A stretch of DNA of 42,383 bases from Planctomycetota bacterium (GTDB taxonomy: Bacteria; Planctomycetota; Planctomycetia; Pirellulales; Lacipirellulaceae): NCBI GenBank assembly GCA_039190745.1, contig JBCCXZ010000032.1, forward strand, positions 1-42,383. The letters run 5' to 3'. This document shows, one piece after another, positions 26,189 to 34,523 of the stretch (within the stretch, counting starts at the first letter, position 1; each line of letters begins with the position of its first letter). Position numbers and translations under genes: made by a program. The notes beneath the pieces were generated by a model, which was not told where the DNA came from, did no database searches, and saw nothing but the letters and a program-made list of their open reading frames with translations.

Positions 26189-27115
26189 CTAACCGATGGT
26201 GTGATTGTCGATCAATCGCGTTGTGCCGACCCGTGCTGCGACCGCCACGACCGTGGGGCCTTCGACCCGCTCGACCGGCTCCACCGTGCCGTCTGCCAAC
26301 AGGGCGATGTATTCGGTCTCGACGCCCCCTTCCGCGTCGATCAACGCCGCCATGGCCGCACGCAGCGTCTCCGCGTCGGCCTCGCCCTCAGTGTGCAGCG
26401 CCTCTGCTAGCTGCAGCGCCCGCCACAGTACAGCGGCCCGTTCGCGGTTCTCTCGGGACAGGTAGGCGTTCCGACTGCTCATCGCCAGACCGTCCGCCTC
26501 GCGTACGATCGGACAGACCCGCACCAAGGTCGGCACGTTGAGGTCACGCACCATGCGCTCAACGACAAGCGATTGCTGGTAGTCTTTCCGCCCAAAGTAG
26601 GCGTGCGTCGCCGGTACGATCTGTAGCAGTTTCAGTACAACCGTCGCCACGCCGTCGAAGTGCCCCGGCCGCGCGGCGCCTTCCAACACCGCCGCCTCTT
26701 GGCCCACGCGCACCGTTGTGGCGAATCCGTCGGGGTACATCGCCGCGACGCTCGGCGCAAAGACTCTCACGTCACCCACCGCTCTGACCATCGCGGCGTC
26801 GCGTTCCAGGTCGCGTGGGTACTTGTCGAGGTCTTCGGTCGGGCCGAATTGCGTCGGGTTCACGAACACGCTCACCACCGTGTGCTCGCACTCCGCGAGC
26901 GACGCCTCCACTAGGCTGAGGTGCCCGCGGTGCAGGGCGCCCATGGTCGGCACGAAACCGATGGTTGCGCCGGATGCACGCAGGATACTAACCGCCTCCC
27001 ACGTCTCGCGGGGGTCTCGCACGATTGTCACGGCTTGCGTTTGGCTGGAGAGCACTTGCGTTTGGCTGAAGAGTACGCGTGCGATGGGTTTGGATCTTTC
27101 AGCGGCCCCGCTCAA
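26189..27115 (-). CDS. panC: Pantoate-beta-alanine ligase
   Basis: FVPTMGALHRGH, SVFVNPTQF, RPGHFDGV, FGRKDYQQ, GLAMSSRN and TRLIDN. TTG 27115 overlaps the folK stop (TTGA); alternative start GTG 27031. Confidence 0.95.
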   Translation of the reverse strand: MSGAAERSKPIARVLFSQTQVLSSQTQAVTIVRDPRETWEAVSILRASGATIGFVPTMGALHRGHLSLVEASLAECEHTVVSVFVNPTQFGPTEDLDKYPRDLERDAAMVRAVGDVRVFAPSVAAMYPDGFATTVRVGQEAAVLEGAARPGHFDGVATVVLKLLQIVPATHAYFGRKDYQQSLVVERMVRDLNVPTLVRVCPIVREADGLAMSSRNAYLSRENRERAAVLWRALQLAEALHTEGEADAETLRAAMAALIDAEGGVETEYIALLADGTVEPVERVEGPTVVAVAARVGTTRLIDNHTIG

Positions 27116-28155
27116 TCGTCCGCTTCGGGCGACCCGTCCGAATCCTCGTTGCCCGTCGGCGACGAAGGCCACGCCGCCGCAACCGCCGCCGCCGCCTCGT
27201 GGAGGGCTTCTTCCGGCTCAGCCGTCTCGATAACCAGCAATGGGCCGCGGGCGTCTTGTTTCAACAGACCATGTACCGCCTCCGCGGGCAAGTTGGCCGG
27301 GTGTTCGCCGGCGCCCGTGGTACCGGGGAGCTGCACGTCCGCTGCCGGCAGCCACGCGATGACAAGCGTCGGCTCGACAACTTCACCGCCCTCGGGCCCG
27401 CCGCAAGCCGTTTCCACTGCCGGCAGCCAGAACGGGCTCACCGCCGGGGGCGGCTCGTTCGCGGGCCGGTCGGTTTCGTTCGACAGGCACTCCACCAGCC
27501 CGGGCGCTGATTCCCAGAAAGAAACTTGCAAAACGCTGTGGACGCCCCGTCGATAGGCAGCCGCGTCGCCCGGAGCGTCGTCGCTTCCCGAGGTCGGGGC
27601 AACCACCGGGCAGCCAAGCCGGGCGTGCAAACCCTCGGTCAACCAAGTCGCCAAACCGACGCGTGGCGCAACCACTGCGGCGTAGCGCGGCCCCTCGCGA
27701 AGCCGTGTGAGCAACTCATCCAGCGTGCAGCCCGATGGCGGGTGCAGCATCTGCCCCGCGATCTGCGCCGCCGGCTCGACCACAAACCGGCGGAAACTCA
27801 TCCGCGGGTGCGGCACTTCAACGTCGCCGCAGCGGAGCACCTGGTCGCCGTAGAGCAGCAGGTCGAGGTCCAGCGTACGCTGCCCCCACCGCACCCGGCG
27901 GACCCGGCCGAGCTGCCGCTCGATTTCCAATAGCCGATCGAGCAAGGCTTCCGCTGGGAGCTCGGTCTCGACAACCGCCGCCCCGTTCAGGAAATCGGGT
28001 TGCCCCTCCGGCCCGCCCACCGAGGCGGTCCGATGCCAGGGGCTGAACGCGACCAGCTCCATCTCTTCAGCGCCGTCGATCGCCGCAACTGCTCCGGCAA
28101 GCGAGTCTTCCGGCGGGCCTTCGTTCGAACCCAAAGCGATCAGGCAGCGGATCAA
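27112..28155 (-). CDS. folK: HPPK (FolK) with long C-terminal extension
   Basis: IALGSN, QPDFLNGA, IERQLGRVR..RWGQRTLDLDLL and VPHPRMSFRRFV, plus about 190 extra residues. Confidence 0.92.
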   Translation of the reverse strand: MIRCLIALGSNEGPPEDSLAGAVAAIDGAEEMELVAFSPWHRTASVGGPEGQPDFLNGAAVVETELPAEALLDRLLEIERQLGRVRRVRWGQRTLDLDLLLYGDQVLRCGDVEVPHPRMSFRRFVVEPAAQIAGQMLHPPSGCTLDELLTRLREGPRYAAVVAPRVGLATWLTEGLHARLGCPVVAPTSGSDDAPGDAAAYRRGVHSVLQVSFWESAPGLVECLSNETDRPANEPPPAVSPFWLPAVETACGGPEGGEVVEPTLVIAWLPAADVQLPGTTGAGEHPANLPAEAVHGLLKQDARGPLLVIETAEPEEALHEAAAAVAAAWPSSPTGNEDSDGSPEADD

Positions 28156-28254
28156 CTTGAAACCCTACGAGAGAGGAAAACCCTACGGGAGAGTGTGAGC
28201 TTTGGCAGGAAGGGGGGATTGAGAAAACAATCGCTGCAAGCAGCTGAATCAACC

Positions 28255-28292
28255 AAAAAAAACGGGCCCGGGTCGGTGCGACCCAGGCCCGT
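28255..28292 (-). terminator. Intrinsic terminator
   Basis: Minus strand ACGGGCCUGGGUCG-CAC-CGACCCGGGCCCGU followed by a long U run. Confidence 0.85.
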
Positions 28293-28442
28293 CGGGCTTC
28301 CGTGCCAATCGGTCCGAAAAAAGGGGGGGACCTCCATGTGCCTGGTCTACAGAACACCGTCCGCAAACCACCGACGTCGATCCGGTCGGTTGTCGCCCCC
28401 CTGATTCAAGGCCCGAGGGTCTTTCCTTGGTATCTCCTTACC

Positions 28443-28578
28443 CCAACTGCAACGCCTCCGTGCGGTGGGTGCTCTCGGCGGATTGGCTTGAGACGCATGC
28501 GGTCGGACCGGGGTTCCACGTCAGGTGGAATGCTATCCCTTCACCAAACCGGCTCCTCGAAAAAGTCTTTAGTTGCCT
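28443..28578 (-). ncRNA. ssrS: Probable 6S RNA (core), apparently embedded in a larger structured RNA
   Basis: Long irregular hairpin on the minus strand: a CAACU/AGUUG helix, a central bubble, a GGAGC/GCACC helix with an A-A mismatch within GAGAGCACCCACC (resembling the conserved 6S elements), then GGUUUGGU/GCCAAUCC and GGGAU-GCAU/AUGC-GUCUC. No credible ORF. Called by eye, not by covariance model. Confidence 0.6.
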
Positions 28579-28750
28579 TCTCTTGTTCGCGTGAAGCCTG
28601 ATGCTCAGGCACGGACGCAAACAAACACGACGCGGCATTAGCGCGCACCGGTTGCGCACTTGAGGCCGCAATTTCTACCTCGCTTGGCTTCGAGACGGAC
28701 CCGCGGCACGCACCCTTTGTGCATTGCTCAACGAGCTAAACGCCCGAGAT

Positions 28751-28781
28751 AAAAAAGACAAGCAGCCTCGCGGCTGCCTGT
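28751..28781 (-). terminator. Terminator-like hairpin shortly after a promoter
   Basis: ACAGGCAGCC-GCGA-GGCUGCUUGU-C-UUUUUU, with a GNRA loop and a G-U pair on the minus strand. Confidence 0.7.
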
Positions 28782-28819
28782 GGTGGAACACGTCAAAACA
28801 CACTCAACGAACGCGTTGC

Positions 28820-28847
28820 ATTTTGCCGAAGTGTCTTCACATGTCAA
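28820..28847 (-). promoter_or_regulatory. Candidate sigma70 promoter
   Basis: TTGACA-N16-CAAAAT on the minus strand. Confidence 0.55.
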
Positions 28848-29068
28848 GCGACTTTTCTTCGCGCTTCGTTCACATTTTGGGCGAATAAATTCTGCGTCCA
28901 ACGGCTTGACATCGTGCGACCTACGAACCGCGATTGCCGCGCCACCCCATCAGCGTTCACTTCCTGCAGAGCGCAAGCGGCAGTAGCATGAAGGGCCGTT
29001 CAGCGCATCGCGCACTGCGTTGAAGGTTCCCCGCGCAGGCACGCAGAAACCCTCGATTGAAACGACGC

Positions 29069-30991
29069 ATGGCGACCAGCAGCGACAACTTCAACGGCGC
29101 AACGATCGCCGCGTTTGAGAGCCGCCGCGCCCCGGACGCCGAGCGCATGATCCAACGCCTCGGCGGCCGCGCCTTCGTCAGCCCTTCGATGCGCGAGGTC
29201 GCGCTCGACGACGACCGTGCGGCGATCGACTTCGCCAACTTGTTGCTCACCGGTCAGGTCGACATCGCGGTTTTCCTCACCGGCGTGGGGACCCGCCGAT
29301 TGGTCGAGGTCGTCACGAAGCACGTCGACCGTCAGCGTTTCCTCGACGCCCTTGCCGACGCCACGACCGTGCTCCGCGGGCCAAAGCCGCTGGCTGTCTT
29401 CCGCGAACTAGGCCTCACGCCCAACGCCTCGGCGCCGGAGCCCAACACGTGGCGTGAGCTGCTCGCCGTGTTCGACGAGCAGTACCCGCCCGCGAACCTT
29501 ACCGTCGCGGTGCAGGAGTACGGCGTGCCCAACGTCAGCCTGATCGCCGGCCTTGAGGCGCGCGGGGCAAACGTGCTCAGCGTGCCCGTCTACCGCTGGG
29601 CGCTCCCGGAAGACACCGGCCCTTTGGAGGCCAACGTGCGTCGCATCGCCGAGGGCGAGATCGACGCGGTCGTCTTCACCTCCGCCCAGCAAGTGGTCCA
29701 CATGCTGCAGTCGGCCGCGCAGGTTGGCGTCGAGGAACCGCTGCGCCGGCAGCTGAGCCAAAACCTCATCGCCTCGGTCGGCCCGACGACCACCGAGATG
29801 CTCCGCTCGCAGGGGCTGCCCGTCGACTTCGAGCCGAGCCACCCCAAGCTCGGCCACCTGATCACCGAGCTTGCGGCGCAGTCGGGCGAGCTGCTCGCGC
29901 GAAAGCGATCGATCCGTGAGCGCATCGACGTTGCGCAGCCAAGCGGCGACAACGAGCAGGCGGCTTGGCACGACAGCCCGTTCTTACGCGCCTGCCGACG
30001 CGAGCCGGTCCCCTACACGCCACTGTGGCTGATGCGGCAAGCGGGACGGTACATGGCCGAATACCGCGCGGTCCGTTCGCAGCACTCGTTCCTCGAGCTG
30101 TGCCGCCGGCCCGACCTCTGCAGCGAGATTATGTGCACCGCCGTCGAGAAGTTGGGCGTCGACGCCGCGATCATCTTCTCCGACCTGCTGCCGATCCTCG
30201 AACCGATGGGGCTCGACCTCGAGTTCGTCGCGGGCGACGGGCCGCAGATCAACAACCCGGTGCGCGAGGCGGGCGACGTCGACCGCGTGCTGGAGCTCGA
30301 GAACATCGACGCGCTCGGCTTCGTGTACGAAACCGTCGCCGCCACCCGCCGCGACCTTCCCGAACATATCCCGCTGATCGGTTTCGCCGGCGCGCCGTTC
30401 ACGCTCGCCAGTTACACCATCGAGGGCGGCTCCAGCCGCAGCTTCCTGCACACCAAGACGCTCATGCACCGCGAGCCGGCAGCCTGGAACGAGTTGATGC
30501 AGCGCCTCTCGCGGTCGATCATCCGCTACCTCAATGCCCAAATCGCCGCCGGCGCCCAGGCCGTGCAGATCTTCGACAGCTGGGTGGGCTGCCTCTCGGT
30601 GGGCGACTACGCCGCGCACGTGCTGCCGCACGTCAAGCAGATCGCCGCCGGCTTGCACCCGGGCGTGCCGCTCATCCACTTCGGCACCGGCAACCCGGCG
30701 CTCTTGCCGCTGATGGCCGAAGTGGGCGACGTGATCGGCGTTGACTGGCGGATCGGGCTCGCCGACGCCTGGGAGGCGGTCGGGCACGACAAAGCCGTGC
30801 AGGGCAACCTCGACCCCGCCGTGCTGCTGGGCGACCTCGCCGCCATCCGGGCCCAGGCCAAGGCGGTCTTGGACCAAGCCGCGGGCCGGCCGGGGCACGT
30901 CTTCAACCTCGGCCACGGCGTCCTGCAGCAGACGCCCGTCGACCATGCATGCGCATTGGTCGACATGGTCCACGAGATGAGTGCGCGCTGA
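29069..30991 (+). CDS. hemE: Fused uroporphyrinogen-III synthase (HemD) / uroporphyrinogen decarboxylase (HemE)
   Basis: N-half: FESRRA, FLTGVG, RGPKP, VYRW, VFTSAQQV, ASVGPTT (HemD). C-half: PLWLMRQAGRYMAEY, AAIIFSDLL, GFAGAPFTLASY, QIFDSW, QGNLDP, FNLGHG (HemE). Confidence 0.93.
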   Translation: MATSSDNFNGATIAAFESRRAPDAERMIQRLGGRAFVSPSMREVALDDDRAAIDFANLLLTGQVDIAVFLTGVGTRRLVEVVTKHVDRQRFLDALADATTVLRGPKPLAVFRELGLTPNASAPEPNTWRELLAVFDEQYPPANLTVAVQEYGVPNVSLIAGLEARGANVLSVPVYRWALPEDTGPLEANVRRIAEGEIDAVVFTSAQQVVHMLQSAAQVGVEEPLRRQLSQNLIASVGPTTTEMLRSQGLPVDFEPSHPKLGHLITELAAQSGELLARKRSIRERIDVAQPSGDNEQAAWHDSPFLRACRREPVPYTPLWLMRQAGRYMAEYRAVRSQHSFLELCRRPDLCSEIMCTAVEKLGVDAAIIFSDLLPILEPMGLDLEFVAGDGPQINNPVREAGDVDRVLELENIDALGFVYETVAATRRDLPEHIPLIGFAGAPFTLASYTIEGGSSRSFLHTKTLMHREPAAWNELMQRLSRSIIRYLNAQIAAGAQAVQIFDSWVGCLSVGDYAAHVLPHVKQIAAGLHPGVPLIHFGTGNPALLPLMAEVGDVIGVDWRIGLADAWEAVGHDKAVQGNLDPAVLLGDLAAIRAQAKAVLDQAAGRPGHVFNLGHGVLQQTPVDHACALVDMVHEMSAR

Positions 30992-31000
30992 GCGCTGGGG

Positions 31001-31246
31001 CTAAGCGGAGGGCCGGCGGAAGTACTGGTAAGCCAGCAGCACTTCGTAGAGGTCGGTCGAGATCGTGATCTCGTCGTCGTCGAAGTCGCTCAGCCAGGTG
31101 CGCTGGCTCTTCACCGCGTCCGCGAGCAGAGGCAGCACCTCGGCCATCGGCATGGTGACGCAGTTCTGCCCCTCGTTGTTCTTGCCGAACATCGGGGCCG
31201 AGTCTTCGGCGGGGCCGTTATAGAGTTTCAAATGGCTTGCTGGCAT
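31001..31246 (-). CDS. Small hypothetical protein (81 aa)
   Basis: MPASHLKLY...LADAVKSQRTWLSDFDDDEITISTDLYEVLLAY, with strong G/C third-position bias. Confidence 0.75.
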   Translation of the reverse strand: MPASHLKLYNGPAEDSAPMFGKNNEGQNCVTMPMAEVLPLLADAVKSQRTWLSDFDDDEITISTDLYEVLLAYQYFRRPSA

Positions 31247-31534
31247 TCCGTGGGTTCCTTCCCGCCGAGAATGGTGGCGCCGCACCGGCAATACGCAGCC
31301 CGGCACCGTGTTCCGAGATCCCCCTCGTACCTACCTGTATCGGCGGTGACGCCCTTCTGCTTTGGTACTTCTGGAGAAGAACTGACGATTTTCCCAGCCG
31401 CAGCTAGCAAACTCCCCAGCCGCCGCCTGCCCTGGAGCCCGCCGCGGGGGTCGCCTACGATGACAGCACGCAGCCGACGGCCGCCCCCGCAGCCCGACTC
31501 CGGCTCTCCCCAACCCGTAGGCAACGATACCAGC

Positions 31535-32023
31535 GTGAGCGACTTCCGAGACCGACTGCAGCAAGCGGCCCAGCGGGGCCGTGCGGCCAGCGCCGAGAAG
31601 GCCCTCGAACAGGCCGCCGAGGCCCTCAGCGAGGAGGAGTCCAAACGCCTGCACTCACAGCTGCGCCTGCAGCTGACCGACCACATCGACCAGTGCCTGC
31701 ACCAGCTCGCCGACAGCTTCCCCGGCTTCCGCTACGAGACGGTCGTGGAGGACTCCGGCTGGGGCGGCTCGGTCACCCGCGACGACCTGTCCGTCACGCG
31801 CGGCCGGCGAGAGAACCACTTCAGCCGCTTCTCGATGACCGTCAGCCCGCACAGCAAGTACGGGGTCTTAGAGTTGATCGCCAAGGGCACGATCCGCAAC
31901 AAGGAAGTCTTCAGCCGCAACCACTACCGGTTGATGGCCGAGGCGAGCGTCGACGAGTTCCGCGACCTCGTCGAGCGGTGGGCGATCGACTACGCCGAGG
32001 AATACGCCGCCACGGGCCTCTAA
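31535..32023 (+). CDS. Hypothetical protein
   Basis: Protein-like from GTG 31535 (SDFRDRLQQA...KGTIRNKEVFSRNHY...WAIDYAEEYA), with coding-type codon bias. Confidence 0.78.
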   Translation: MSDFRDRLQQAAQRGRAASAEKALEQAAEALSEEESKRLHSQLRLQLTDHIDQCLHQLADSFPGFRYETVVEDSGWGGSVTRDDLSVTRGRRENHFSRFSMTVSPHSKYGVLELIAKGTIRNKEVFSRNHYRLMAEASVDEFRDLVERWAIDYAEEYAATGL

Positions 32024-32056
32024 CGGTTCGTAGTTCTGGCGTCAGCGGTCTATCCT

Positions 32057-32129
32057 TGTGGGAGGGCTCTCCGAGCCCGATTCCGGTTAGAGGTAGAGAC
32101 CGTAATCGGCCTCAGAGAGGCCTCCCACA
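32057..32129. repeat. Inverted REP-like doublet (GTGG type) between convergent genes
   Basis: TGTGGGAGGGCTCTCCGAGCCCGATT (32057-32082) and an inverted copy reading TGTGGGAGGCCTCTCTGAGGCCGATT (32129-32104). Confidence 0.8.
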
Positions 32130-32145
32130 GAGAAGCTGGCTGAAC

Positions 32146-32997
32146 TTAGCTGCCGTCGGCCAGCGTGAGCTGCCGCAGCGCGTCCAAACAGTCGAGCACC
32201 GATTCCGGTGTGGTCCGCTTCCAGCCCCCGCGGCGGTTGGCGATGATCGCCAGCTTGAACTGCTCGAACGCATCGGCCAGATCGTCCGGCAGGTCGTCGA
32301 CCGCCACGTTCAGCCGGGCGCTCTTGGCGACCGGATCGGGGGTTTCTGCTTCCTCAATTGAATCAGCTTCGTCGCCGCCGGCGCCGGGTTCCGCGTCCTC
32401 GGCCGTTTCGGTCGTCGCGGCAGAAGTTGTTCCGGAAGGTGAGGGCGAGCTGATCGGTGTCCCGGCGGGGTCCACCACGACAGCCGATTCCTCGGCCAAC
32501 CCTTCGGAGCCTGCCCCTTCTGGTTCCGGTTCGTCCGCCGCGGGCGGTTGCTCGCCGGGGGCGCCGACCGTCTCCCAACGCTGGCCCCGCATCTGCGAGA
32601 CCGACCAGCCGTTCTGCACGGCGCCTTCGAGCCACATCTCGGCGTCGTCCCAGTCGATGCCGGCGTGGAAGTGGCTCCAGTAGACGCCCTCGAAACGCTC
32701 GAACACGTCGCCGAAGCGCTGGTACACGCGTCGCAGCCGGCCGACGTGCTGCCCGGTGACGCCGCCCACCAGGTTCGCCCAGGCGTCGTCCGAGTACTCG
32801 GACGACTCGGCCCCGCCAGACATGAGCGCCCCGCGCCACTCGCAGATGATCCGGCCCTTCTCCCAGTTGGTGGTGCTCACCAACCGGTTCCACTTGCCGA
32901 CGAACGGGTCGCCATCGGCCGCTGGCTCGGCCCCCGACTTGGCAGCGGCGAGGCGGTTGGCGGGCAGTTGTTGGGTCTCTTCCGGGGCTCCGGCCAT
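32146..32997 (-). CDS. Hypothetical protein with YhcG/DUF1016 N-terminal-like helical domain
   Basis: SD AAGGAG; NWEKGRII, YWSHF and WLEGAVQNGWSVSQMR; acidic linker; small C-terminal helical domain. Confidence 0.8.
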   Translation of the reverse strand: MAGAPEETQQLPANRLAAAKSGAEPAADGDPFVGKWNRLVSTTNWEKGRIICEWRGALMSGGAESSEYSDDAWANLVGGVTGQHVGRLRRVYQRFGDVFERFEGVYWSHFHAGIDWDDAEMWLEGAVQNGWSVSQMRGQRWETVGAPGEQPPAADEPEPEGAGSEGLAEESAVVVDPAGTPISSPSPSGTTSAATTETAEDAEPGAGGDEADSIEEAETPDPVAKSARLNVAVDDLPDDLADAFEQFKLAIIANRRGGWKRTTPESVLDCLDALRQLTLADGS

Positions 32998-33293
32998 AGC
33001 GGGCGACTCCTTCCTCGAGCGACAAGCGTTCCACCCCCGTCAACGCTGGTCGGGGGCGTCCGCGAACGCTCCGTTGCGTTAGCGGGCCGCGGATTCTAAC
33101 GCGCCGGGCGCAGCGTCCACCACGTACCAGGCGGCCGCATCGCAAAGAAAGACGCGCTACGCCGCGCTAAAGATAGAAGAACCCGCAACGGCAACGCGAT
33201 CGCCAAGGAGTGAGCCCGGGGCCCGCGTGCGGGAAGTGAGGGTCAGCGCAGGGGAAAACCTGTCGGTCGACCGATCCCCCAAAGCGGCCGTGG

Positions 33294-33509
33294 CTACTCC
33301 GCCGGCGCCTTCTCGTCCGACTCGAACTCGATGTCGTTGTGTGCGCCGTCGCAGAACGGACGGCTCTTCGATGCACCGCACCGGCACAGCGCGTACGCCG
33401 GCTTGTCGGTCTTCAGCGGGAATTCGTTCCCGTCGGAGTCGGTCAGCGTGAACGGACCCTCCACAACGAGCGGGCCATTGGGACGCATACGGATCTTCAC
33501 ATCGGCCAT
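33294..33509 (-). CDS. CDGSH iron-sulfur domain protein
   Basis: NGPLVVEG and LCRCGASKSRPFCDGAH. Confidence 0.92.
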   Translation of the reverse strand: MADVKIRMRPNGPLVVEGPFTLTDSDGNEFPLKTDKPAYALCRCGASKSRPFCDGAHNDIEFESDEKAPAE

Positions 33510-33654
33510 CGCGGAATCCCCCGGCGGAAAGAGCAAGCAACTGCCGAGCGTCGCGTGCGACCCGCGTCGCACCAGCCCCGGCCTTTGCCGAGTCTACCGG
33601 GCGCTGCTGGGGCGGAGAACCCCGCAGGCTTTGGGAGTGTTGCGGCAACGCCGC

Positions 33655-34500
33655 TCAGTCCGCGGGCGCTTCCCACACCAGGCGGATCATCACGTGCGCC
33701 AGACCCGGGAGCGGCGTCTCGAGGATGTCCTCCGGCGACCGTCCCAGTTGGTAGCCGTTCAACGCTTCGAAGTCTTCCAGCAAAGCACGCAGCCCGGCCG
33801 GCTCGCACTCAACCCATGCGGTGCGGTGGCCGGCAGGCCGCGACGCTTCCTGTTCCTGCTCGCTCTGCCGATAGAGCGTCTTCAGATTGTGCTTCGCGAT
33901 CAGCCGGTCGAACCCCTCGCGGGCGTCGGCCTCCGCGTCGCAGTAGATTTCCAAGTTCAGGTCGACCCGCTTGGCGCCGTCGCCCAGGCGTTGCGGGTTG
34001 GCGAACACCGGCTTGGAGTTCTCCAGGTCGAGCGGCTCGGGCGAGATCGGCACGATCCGCAGCCCTTCGGGGACCGCCGGCTGGTTCCATTCAGACTCGG
34101 CCGGGTCGACCGCGGCGACGTTGTTCGGTTCCCCCTGATCGCCAGAGGGCAACAGCATCAGCAAGAGCGCCGCCGCAATCGCCGCCGCCGCCCACACGCG
34201 GCTCCGCCACCCCCGCGGGACATTTTGCGTGACCGTGTCGCTGGACGCCGGCCGTGGTTTCGTTTCTTGCAACCGGCTCAAGACCGCCGCCGTCACGTCG
34301 CCCGTCGGAGCCTTGCGGGGCATCGCCTTGATCTCGGCAGACAACTCGCGGAGCGAAGCCAGCTCCCGCCGCGCAGACGCGTCGCCCGCGAGCAACTGCT
34401 CGGCCTGCGCGAGTTCCTCGCCGGCCAACCGGCCGTCGAAGTAAGCGCTCAGCAACTCGGCGTGGGGGTGTTCTTCCGGCACAGGCTTCGTTCCGTTCAT
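33655..34500 (-). CDS. Putative anti-sigma factor (module 3)
   Basis: ELLSAYFDGRL...ARRELASL and TM WAAAAIAAALLLMLL, directly downstream of an ECF sigma. Confidence 0.8.
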   Translation of the reverse strand: MNGTKPVPEEHPHAELLSAYFDGRLAGEELAQAEQLLAGDASARRELASLRELSAEIKAMPRKAPTGDVTAAVLSRLQETKPRPASSDTVTQNVPRGWRSRVWAAAAIAAALLLMLLPSGDQGEPNNVAAVDPAESEWNQPAVPEGLRIVPISPEPLDLENSKPVFANPQRLGDGAKRVDLNLEIYCDAEADAREGFDRLIAKHNLKTLYRQSEQEQEASRPAGHRTAWVECEPAGLRALLEDFEALNGYQLGRSPEDILETPLPGLAHVMIRLVWEAPAD

Positions 34501-34523
34501 GGCATTCCGTTGGGTTCGTTGTC

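Noticed and set aside
28406..28498. 30-aa minus-strand ORF MRLKPIRREHPPHGGVAVGVRRYQGKTLGP inside the ncRNA candidate
   Set aside because: It has no SD and its start lies in a predicted helix, so RNA structure explains the region better. Dual function cannot be excluded without ribosome profiling.
31290..31315. GGAAC...CGTA on the minus strand upstream of the 81-aa ORF
   Set aside because: The spacer is 14 nt, too short for the ECF promoter pattern seen elsewhere.
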